Shown here piece after piece: positions 54,201 through 64,000 of a DNA stretch of 64,000 nt. The notes beneath the pieces were generated by a model. That model searched no databases. It saw nothing but the letters and a program-made list of their open reading frames with translations, and was not told where the DNA came from. How positions within the stretch are numbered: position 1 is the stretch's first letter; every line of letters starts with the position of its first letter. Source of the stretch: Rhynchobatus australiae (Eukaryota); NCBI GenBank assembly GCA_034780895.1, contig JAUZTB010000001.1, forward strand, positions 131,975,223-132,039,222, read 5' to 3'. A program made the translations under genes and the position numbers.

Positions 54201-54906
54201 ATAATTATGATGGCTGTTGCAAAACATTGGTTAGAACATATTTGAATACTTGGCTAGTTATGGTAACATCTGTTGCTCTTTTTAGTTTTAGTATTCCCAG
54301 TCAGGAATCAGAAAGATAGACAAAGTATAATGAACTATTCCTGTAGACATGCAACTATTGTTTCACCTTTATCCTACTCTAGATGTAAATTAAATTTGCT
54401 TCTACCTAATATGCCCTCTTGTGATCTGCATTCTTTGTCTGGTACTTTCAGACATTATTGATGTGCAAAGATTATTATTGTACCATATGCACACTTCTAT
54501 TGAAGGTAATGTTTTACTTAATTTCAAAAAGCATACTTGCTCTTCTCCCACCCTTCCTGTTTTCAGCTGAAGCTCTTGAGTCACTGTTGACTTTGGCTCA
54601 ATGTTCACAGAGTACAGGATGGTTGTGTATTTTAAGCTGTAATTTGAGATATTGCATCACTTTCCTTTGTTTCATCTGATTTTAATTCTTAAAGCTCAAT
54701 TTTGAATTCAGTGAATTTACAGAAGAGTTCATAAAATCAGTCTGGCATTCAAACAATATGTCTTTGACTCGAGACCAAAAAAAATGATCTTAAAGTGCAT
54801 GGTGTTCTGCCTGAAATGTTAACTCTGTTTCCCTCTCCACAACAGGTACCCGACTTGCTGAGTATCTCCAGCATTTTCTGCTTTTATCACCCAGTGGAAT
54901 TAACTA

Positions 54907-55273
54907 CAGGTTGAAACTCTCTAGTTCGGCATTCTGTGGTCTGGCATGTTTTGAATTTGTCGCACAGATCTGTACTAATTAATTAATTCTAATTAAGATC
55001 TAAAATTAATGATGATCTGTGCTATTTAGCTAATTAACCTACCAGCGCAATTTTTACGGTCTCAGCTGACAGTATTGATGACTTGCGGAAACTTCAGATT
55101 ACAGACAATTCTCGGAACCCTCCAGCTTCTATTTCCTACAACTATTCCATCATACTTGTAAAGAACAGTTCTCTTGCTCAGAGGAAAATAATTAGGGGCC
55201 TATTTCTGTGTTTTCTTTTGTGGTCCAGCACCAGCCAGGTCCCAACTGTGCTGAACTAGAGATTCTCAACCTT
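54907..55273. mobile_element. Tigger/pogo-like (Tc1-mariner) MITE
   Basis: TA|CAGGTTGAAACTCTCTAGTTCGGCA ... TGCTGAACTAGAGATTCTCAACCTT|TA: ~25-bp imperfect TIRs, TA TSD, no ORF. Confidence 0.75.
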
Positions 55274-56218
55274 TAATATTTACCAACATAGGTGTTAGGT
55301 CTCCAAGAACACAAGTGCAATGTTAAAGTATGAATTTATTCTTGATTTTACATCATAGTTTTGGGTCACCCTTTCTGAAATACATAAGTTTTTGACCGAT
55401 TCTGAACTGGTGTCATGGAGTTTAAAACTTTTTATGGACGGGTGGGGGTTGGGATTTGTATAAATTTTTTGAAGATCTAGAGGTTGTTAGTAGTTCTGGT
55501 GTGTAATAAGTCGCAAGGCTGTGTTATTTGCATTCTGGNNNNNNNNNNTTTGCATTCTGGATATTTGGACTGAGCAAATAAATAAACGTGTTGCACATAT
55601 TTTCTTTGTGCAAGTTATTATTTCAGATAGTTCAGTCTATGAACTGCATTTCTGTCTTGAAATAAGACCAAGGATTGCTAATTAGGATATATAATGAAAC
55701 CCTAATAATCCGGCATGCTTGGGACTTTGGTGTCAGACTAGCAGATATTCTGGGCAATTGGGTGTTATTCTTACTAATACTGCAACACGCTTAATTTTTG
55801 GGGGGGGATTATGCACAGTATTATAAATTTTTCAGTGAGCCCTGTAAGTTGAAAGGGAATACAGGAACCGTTGAAAGGTGAGCTGAAGGAGAATGTGGCA
55901 AACATCACCTGGTGTGCCAGGTGCTGAACCATCGGAATTTATGAATGCTCGTGATGGATTATCACACTGTAACTGCTTCATGTACTCACTTTAAAATGCT
56001 ACTTTCAGGAGAGAGTTGAGAATTCTGAACAGCTCACCAATTGTAATGGAGTCTCGGCTCAATTGCTAAAAGTCTACTCGAGGGATCAAATGAGATCTTG
56101 CTCGTAGACTTGAGTGGGGGGGTGTTGGAGGGGAGAAATATATCCAATATACCTCAGCTTTGTTTAAGTCGCTGCAGGAAATTGTTGCTGAATGTCTTTC
56201 TTTAACCAAAGCTGCAAG

Positions 56219-56300
56219 ACATTATGACACACTGGCCACAGGAATCATCTATTTTCATCGTTTTTACATGTTTCATTCCTTCAAGCAATTTCCGAGATAT
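56219..56300 (+). CDS. CCNK: Cyclin K exon 3
   Basis: [27 protein letters not shown]|gtaagt. 82 nt. Confidence 0.97.
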
Positions 56301-56789
56301 GTAAGTACTGAACAGACCTGCTGAATGAAGCTGAACAATTTTTCAGCACTGTGATTAAAGCATCTGTGTATTGTTGTGGTATATTTTATTCAGACTAGCT
56401 GGATTTTCTTTCACATGGATTTCAGCAGATTGACAAAATATTTCTGCAGCACACCCTCCAAGTGTGTATTTAGTCTGAGTAATAGGAAACTGAGTGTGCT
56501 AATATGCCCCAGTATATAATGGCCAATGTTTGCATCATAACTGTTCCAATGGTGATAGAATCCTGCCAAACATTTGACTCTAAGCCTCAAGGGAAGGTTA
56601 TCTGGTGGCTTAGCAAGGAACTCCACTCTCTATGTTAAAGAATGCCTCCACCTGGAGGTAATTGGAGAAAAACAAATGCAACCTTACCAGAGTGAGCCAC
56701 GTTGGAACTGTTGGCCCTTGAGTGAAATGCTTCCATAAAGCCTAAAGAGCTGGTGCTCTCTTGAATTGAGAAAATGCAATAATATAAAT

Positions 56790-57560
56790 CTTAGGTTTTA
56801 ATAAGTATTTAAGAAAGGAGGGAGAGGAGAAGTGGGGAACAATAGACCAGTCAGCCAGATGTCAGTGGTTGAGAAAATGCTGGAATCTATTTTTAAAGAA
56901 GTTGTAATAGGGCATTTTAGAAAATAATAACAGAATCAGCCGGAGTCAACGTGGATTTATGAAATGGAAATCGTGTTTGGCAAATCTGTTGGAACTTTGA
57001 GATTGTAACTAGCAGAGTAGATAAGGGTGAACCAGATGATGTGGCATATTTGGACTTTTGGAAGGCCTTTAGTAAAATGCCATACGAGGTTATGAAATAA
57101 AAGTAGTGTGCACATTATCGGGAGTACAATACCTGTTTTTATTAAGAATTAATGGACAGAATACAAAGGATTATTTTTGGGTTGATTGGATGTTGGTGTG
57201 ATGGACTTAGCTGTGTATAATTTATGTCNNNNNNNNNNATGGTTTGCATGAAGGAGTCAAGTGTAATATGTGCAGATGTGCTGATGAATCAAAGCATGTC
57301 AGTTGTGATAAGGATACAGAGAGGCTTCATGGCTGGGTAAAGTGAATGGATGAGGACATGGTAGTTGAAGCATAATGTGGAAAATGTGAGGTCACCACTT
57401 TGGCAAAACAAAGAAAATTGTTAAATGGGGAGAGATTGAAAGGTGTTAGTGTACAAAAAGGCATGGATATAAGAGGATATGGTTGCAAGAGCAGCGACAT
57501 CCTGCTTCAATAATGTGAGGCCATGCAGAGATTATATCTGGAATATTGTGCTGTTGAACT
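56790..57560 (+). mobile_element. Old CR1-type RT fragment
   Basis: N.RPVS..SVVEKMLESI, SQRGFMKWKSCLANLL, DVAYLDF.KAF. Confidence 0.7.
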
Positions 57561-58089
57561 TTGGCTAATCCACTTAAATTTCAAAAACTTCTGATTCTGT
57601 AGACAGAAATAAGTATTTAGTTACAGAGTGTTAAGTCATTCGGGCAGATTTTTTTATGGGGGGGGGAAAGCTTTTTGAGGGATTGCATAAACAAGTAGCT
57701 TAAGTCTACAAGGCAAGATCAATTATCTTCAAAAATCCCACATTCTAAAATAATTGCTAGGATAGCAAAACACAAGCCAAGTAGACCTTTGATCTTTTCC
57801 TGCCTTGATCTTCTGTGTTTAAATGCCATGCTTTAGTATGGTGACAAGAACCGTACACATTTCAAGTGAATGATGCCTTGTTAATGCTTTCTATTGCTTT
57901 TTGAATGCACTCTGTCTCTTCTTTGTTTCCTTTATTATTACAGTGGAAGATATTATTCCCTGACCCTGTTCCTGTATTGTACCCTGTAGACTAGACCAGA
58001 TTAGGTTCAGACTAATCTAGGTTTGCAATTAGCTGTTCATCTCATGTACTTTTGCCTCATGAGACTCCCATTGCAGCTTGAAAGTGTGA

Positions 58090-58810
58090 TTAAACAGTGG
58101 GGATAGTAATAGCCTTCGAGTAGACAAATGAGCAAATGAAATTTCATGCAAAGAAATGAGAAGTGATGCATTTTGGTTTAAAGAATAAGAAATGATATAG
58201 ATTGCTGACAGAATTCTTAAGGGTCTGGAGAAACAAATGGCCTGAGTGTATATGTGCATAAGTCATTGGGCAAGTGTGTTGAGTAATGAATCACTCAATT
58301 AACGTGGGATCTTGCACTTCATAAAATGAGGTACAAAGTACAAAAGCATTGAAGTTATATGGAACTTTCATAATACTGATTAGGCCACCTATGGAGTTTT
58401 ACATCTTTTTCTGTTAGCCACACTTCAAGGAAGATATGAAAATCAGAGGAGAGGAGGCAGAAAAAAATAGAATGGATAGGTTGTTCACCTTGGAGCGAAG
58501 TTTGAGAGGAAATTTGATAGAACTGTACAAGGTCATGACTGGTTTTTGATAGGGTAGAGATAGAAAGATAGTGCAGCAGATGATCCAATTTTAGGCAAGA
58601 TGAAGGGGGATGTGAGGAAAATCCTTTTTACTGAGTAGTTTTGATCTGGAATTCACTACCTGTTGGAACAGTCAGTGCCTTCAAAAAGGAATTGAATAGG
58701 CACCTGAAAATAATTTGCGTGTCCTTGGGAAAAGAGCAGGGAGATTGGATTGTTCTACTGTGAAGTGGCATGTGGTCTTCTCTGTATATCATAATTGTAT
58801 GATTCTTGAT
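58090..58810 (+). mobile_element. Old CR1-type 3' fragment
   Basis: KCEVMHFG-like, RGNLIELYKVM and WNSLP remnants. Confidence 0.6.
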
Positions 58811-59843
58811 AGTGATGAAAAATGCTTTAACAGATATGTGCCATTTATCCAGGAACAGACGGAACATATTAATCAGTAAACGCTTTTAATTAAAACTATA
58901 AAATTGAAACAATGAAGTGAAAGTTCTTTTAAAAAATCTTTTGCAAGCTTCCCAATTGATATCCAGTAGTGAATTAATGCTGGGATTAGGATAGATATTA
59001 GGATAATGTTTGTCTACTTTAAAATAAATGTTAATCTGAATTTCTGATGTCTGTGCTCTGGAGTACTTTGTCCCTTATGCAAAAATAGTTATACTATATC
59101 TTGATTTCAACCGTTTGAATTTGTTCTTAACTTCTAATACTACCAAAATCTGCATCTTTATTAGCACAAAACATGATGGTTGAAGTATTGTCCACATTGT
59201 TTGGAATTAAGTCACATTTTGTAGTTTTCTAATGAATTTTCCCATTGAATTGAATGGTAAAAGCAAATTTCCAGCAATGACACCTGTCAGACCAAGCACT
59301 ATCCCATAAGGAGGAAATGCTCTATTAATTTCACTAGTTTTTTGAGGCCTGATTATAGAGCAACATTTGAACAGACTTGGAGATTAACCAGCTGCTCATT
59401 CAGCAAAAGGAATAAAGTGACAAAGGGAAAAAAAATAATGAAGCACGTTATATTCAAAGTTTCTGGGTNNNNNNNNNNNNNNNNNNNNNNNNNNNNNNNN
59501 NNNNNNNNNNNNNNNNNNNNNNNNNNNNNNNNNNNNNNNNNNNNNNNNNNNNNNNNNNNNNNNNNNNNAAAATGGCTGCTATTAAACTACGTTGTTTCTT
59601 AAAGGAGCTCTCCCAAAGGATTTTGCAGTGTTCAAATTGTACACACGTGGCTGGTTCCTGTTGACACGATGTCGTGTCATTGAAATTCTTTACAAATTAT
59701 GAGAAGAGTGGGTATCTGAGTTTTTGTTCACCACAGCAGATGGGATTAGGATAGATATTAGGATAATGTTGTTTGTCTACTTTAAAATAAAGCGTAATCT
59801 GAGTGTACACCACAGCGTATTCCTAACTTGTCTTTTATTGTAG

Positions 59844-59975
59844 GTTACAGGAGGCTGTTGCCTCTTTCTGGCTGGAAAAGTAGAAGAAACTCCCAAAAAA
59901 TGTAAAGATATCATTAAAACTGCTCGAAGTTTGCTGAATGACGTACAGTTTTCACAATTTGGAGATGATCCCAAG
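59844..59975 (+). CDS. CCNK: Cyclin K exon 4
   Basis: gtag|[44 protein letters not shown]|gttggt. 132 nt. Confidence 0.97.
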
Positions 59976-61239
59976 GTTGGTATTAATTTTTAATGTATTT
60001 TAAGGACATTAACAATCCAATAACTTTTTACCTGCACTATCCTGTTCACACTGTTTAAACTGGCTTCTCGTTGCAAAAATTTGTTTTTGTTTGGTTTTCT
60101 GTGGTAATGTAGTATGTGACATGTCAATTTTCCTCCATCCTACGGTGGAATTGTATTTTGTGGTAAGGGCGAGGCAAAAATATTGTTCTTGTGTATGATT
60201 GATTAATATTAAGTATTTCTAGTTTGAACCATGTAAACTTTAGTTTTGTTTTCAGCAAGAAATTAGTTTCTTTAGTTATTTCCACTTATAGTGATCTTGT
60301 ACATAAAGTTCAACATAGAGCCCAAATGCTGTTTTCGTCTGATCCGCAAACTGTTGCTCTTTCGTTTCCTCTGTATCAAGAGGAGGGAAGAACAATGGAT
60401 AGGAGGAAATCATGAGGAGTGTGGGGGTTTTAAAAATAGAAAAGCANNNNNNNNNNNNNNNNNNNNNNNNNNNNNNNNNNNNNNNNNNNNNNNNNNNNNN
60501 NNNNNNNNNNNNNNNNNNNNNNNNNNNNNNNNNNNNNNNNNNNNNNNNNNNNNNNNNNNNNNNNNNNNNNNNNNNNNNNNNNNNNNNNNNNNNNNNNNNN
60601 NNNNNNNNNNNNNNNNNNNNNNNNNNNNNNNNNNNNNNNNNNNNNNNNNNNNNNNNNNNNNNNNNNNNNNNNNNNNNNNNNNNNNNNNNNNNNNNNNNNN
60701 NNNNNNNNACGGGGTCTCTGAATGCTCCTGATGCCTGACCTTGAGGTTCTTGGGTCCCATCCAATATGTTTCTTCACTTTGAGTGGTCACGGGCTAGACA
60801 AAAGCAAACCGTCAATAAAACAAGATTCAAAATGCCAGGTAATTAATGTAGTTCTGCTATATCTGGGTGTTGGTTCAGCCACCATGTGCACCACCAAGAC
60901 CATTATTATTTTCCTTGTCTAGTAACTAGGTCCTACATTGGAGCAATTTAATCGTGGAATTTAATATAAAGGAGTTTCTGATCAACTGAACAACATTGTT
61001 CACTGTATCTAATAAAAATCTTATAATGCTGGAATGTTTAGCAGATCATATAACATCTGTATTACCAAGAAAAAAAGAAGTACCATTTCAGGTGAATGAT
61101 TTTCATTGTTATTTCAATATGTTTGGTTTAGAAAAAATGCTGTTTGGTTTCTTGGGTTATCTCAACCAGACTGAAATTTGAGTGCACTGTATTTTTTTGT
61201 GCGCACAGTTTAAAATATTTTTTCTTGTTTCTGAATTAG

Positions 61240-61345
61240 GAGGAAGTCATGGTTCTGGAGAGAATACTACTGCAGACAATTAAATTTGACTTGCAGGTCG
61301 AACATCCTTATCAATTCTTGCTTAAGTATGCTAAGCAACTTAAAG
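61240..61345 (+). CDS. CCNK: Cyclin K exon 5
   Basis: ttag|[36 protein letters not shown]|gtactg. 106 nt. Confidence 0.97.
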
Positions 61346-63243
61346 GTACTGGAATTGCATGTTTATGTTCAGTGTGCAGCCTCAAGTTTATTTCACTTCT
61401 GTTTGCTGCTTTAACACTTCCCAGTTCAGCAACAAAAGCACATATTTCAAGCAAAACAGCTCATGTCTTAAGTATGTAGACTGAAAATATGGGACCAAGA
61501 AGCTTGGATTACTGAGAAAGGGCTTTTGCCATTAAGCATTGTTTGCAATTAAAAATAAATAGATGCAAAATCACTTCAGTGATTAATATTAACCATATGA
61601 TTACAAGGCAATTATCTACTTAAGCTTGATAATGTTGTAAGCCACAAAATTTGAGAAATAAAATGACCGAACCCTTATAATGAGATTATAGTCTTGAAAT
61701 CAGTGTATTTGTTGTGTGCTGATTTATTTGTTGTGTGCTGATTTTTTTTTCATTGCATGGTTTTGTTTGATTTGCACATGGTGATGTGAAGGCCACTTTG
61801 CTTTGAGTAATCTGTTAGATATTCACACTGAAAGCAATGGCTTCCTCTATTACTAATATGTATCTGACATTGTGTTAGTAATATGGGAGAGTAAGCTCTT
61901 AGCTCCTGATGGATTTGATTGTATTTCCTTCTATTGACCTAACAACTGTTAATCTCTCTTGTAAATGCACCACCAATAGGATGTCCAGCCACAGAAATCA
62001 AAATGGTTCTGGTTTGATCTCAAGTCTACATTGTATTAACTTAGTTTGGTGCTGTAACACTAGGGTAGATGGTGGTATGTCACAAGGCTGAGATTGATCA
62101 TGGTGGGTTTAAACTAGAGATGAGGAGTGAGGACCCTGATGGATCTCTCTTGGCTTTTTGACAGATGCCTCATATTGGGGAAAAACTTTCCACAATCATC
62201 CAGGATAGAGGTTCACCACCCTCTGCATAAAGAAATACCTATGCAGTTTAATTTAAAGTGACTGCCCCTTTTATTGTATGTATGTTCCTTCATTTGAGAC
62301 CCTCCAATAGGAGGATATATCTCAATCTATCCTGTCATGCCCTTATAGGATATTATATGTTTCCATAGGATCAGCCCTTATTCTTCTCCAGAATTNNNNN
62401 NNNNNNNNNNNNNTGGTATGTGCACAATGTTCCTGTCCTAAAGAAACCACACTAGTCTGCTTGAAATAAGTCTCTAGGGCTCACAAACCAAGGATATAAA
62501 GGACCAATTTCTGAATCACATATGTATATTCCTGGCTTAGAAACTAAACTATGTGGTGCATTTACATGTTTGCAGTGGAGTTTCTTGGGGGTATTTGTGG
62601 GACCTGAACTAGAAGCATGAACTAATGTATTGTGCAAAATGTGTATTATGCACAGTTTTAATCATCGCACGTAAATTGCTTAAGTGGGTTAGATGAAGGG
62701 AGTGTCCAGTTTGCTGTCTCAGAGTCACGTGTGACCACAGAGTTCTAACAATCTGGCCTTGGAAGCCAGAGGAGGAAGTGGGGGTGGGGATTCCATTCTG
62801 TTTTTGTGTTGTTTACTAGTCAGTTTGCTCTTGAATTTTGAGTGGCATGGAAATTCTTAGGCACCAAGAACACCAAGCAAGATGACACCATAAATTTAGG
62901 AATGATAAGGACATAGATTTGACCTTTATGAATAGGCCTGGAGGCCACTTCTGCTATTGAGACATGAACTTGGACACTTCAGATCACTCAAGGGACTGGT
63001 CAAGAAGTGTGACGAAGTGAAATTTAATGTATGTGAATGACTTAAAAGGGAAGAACTTACCAAGGTGTTCTAGTTTATTGTTCAAATTTGATGTGAAAAT
63101 AACAAGGGTTGTTGCACTTAAGTACTGATATATTTTGTAGTAGATAAACTCTAAGCTTCAAATCTAACTGTTTTTCTTCTTGATTCATAGGTTTTGAGCT
63201 TAGAGGTTACACATAATGTTAGTCCAATTTTCTCTTTCTGTAG

Positions 63244-63301
63244 GTGACAAAAACAAACTTCAAAAGCTGGTGCAAATGGCTTGGACCTTTGTAAATGACA
63301 G
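63244..63301 (+). CDS. CCNK: Cyclin K exon 6
   Basis: gtag|(G)[18 protein letters not shown](S)|gtaagc. 58 nt. Confidence 0.97.
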
Positions 63302-63453
63302 GTAAGCAATCTTTTGAAATGTACTCTCCTTAACATAAACATGAAAGTCTAATCATACATTAATAGGATAAATGTTGTTTATCACTTATGTTTTTGGCTT
63401 TGCTTTTGATACTTCGCAATGGCTCCCTTAACAATATGCTATTTGTTTTTCAG

Positions 63454-63623
63454 CCTGTGCACTATGCTATGTCTCCAGTGGGAACCTGAGATCATTGCCG
63501 TGGCTGTGATGTACCTAGCTGGTAGGCTGTGTAAATTTGAGATTCAGGAGTGGTCAGCCAAGCCAATTTACAGGAGATGGTGGGAGCAGTTCGTACAGGA
63601 TGTGCCTGTCGAGTTACTGGAAG
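63454..63623 (+). CDS. CCNK: Cyclin K exon 7 (gene continues beyond the window)
   Basis: tcag|(S)[57 protein letters not shown]|gtacag. 170 nt. Confidence 0.97.
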
Positions 63624-64000
63624 GTACAGTTAACAATCACAATCTCAGAGATTATCATATGGAAGGAGGCCTTTCATCCCATTGTGTTAGTGGTAGTTTT
63701 TCACAAGAACAATCCCACTAGATCCACTCCACATCCTCTCTCAATAGCTCTCCAAAACTTTTACTTTCAAGTAATCATCCAGTTCTAAGAGCACTAAGAA
63801 AATATTATCAGATTGATTTTAAAGTAAGCATGTATGTCTAACCTGAGATCTATTTCTTTTGCATATTGAATTTAACTTATAAGGTTCAAAGTAGATCTGG
63901 TACAAGTGATTCTTTTGCACCAAGAAATAAGGATGCCATAAATTGACACTGAACTAAACCAACAAATCTCTGAAATGAAAATGTGAATTCCAAATGTTCC

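Larger units (their letters stand above)
53192..56218 (+). other. CCNK: U12-type (minor spliceosome) GT-AG intron, CCNK intron 2
   Basis: 5'ss GTATCCTTT; branch motif TTTCTTTAAC at 56197-56206, 12 nt before the AG end; no polypyrimidine tract. Joining gives in-frame GL-HYD. Confidence 0.92.

Noticed and set aside
61708-61745. Tandem duplication TTTGTTGTGTGCTGATTT x2
   Set aside because: Ordinary slippage duplication; no further structure.
1-64000. CRISPR arrays, operons, tRNA or rRNA genes
   Set aside because: Eukaryotic intron-rich DNA; no regularly spaced repeat-spacer array, and tRNA-like pieces are decayed SINE heads.

Overview
Vertebrate genomic DNA from a gapped draft assembly with many N runs. 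The repeat content suggests a cartilaginous fish (shark/ray); this is an inference. The window holds two head-to-head genes sharing a CpG-island promoter at about 47.6-48.3 kb. SETD3 (actin His73 methyltransferase) is on the minus strand: coding exons 2-6 lie at 27187-12395 and the 3' exons fall left of the window. CCNK (cyclin K) is on the plus strand: coding exons 2-7 lie at 52995-63623 and the gene continues beyond the right edge. All 11 coding exons were reconstructed by hand with AG/GT ends and consistent phases. CCNK intron 2 is a U12 (minor spliceosome) intron. Intron 6 pairs a U2 donor with a U12-like branch motif. The introns are filled with decayed CR1, RTE, L1, Rex1/Babar and Penelope retroelements, SINEs and MITEs. 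The most notable non-genic signal is a family of about 20 short, often self-inverted Penelope-type repeats carrying degenerate minimal hammerhead-ribozyme motifs, two of them bounded by 14-bp target-site duplications. Repeat family names come from recognised motifs, not database searches, and their boundaries are approximate.
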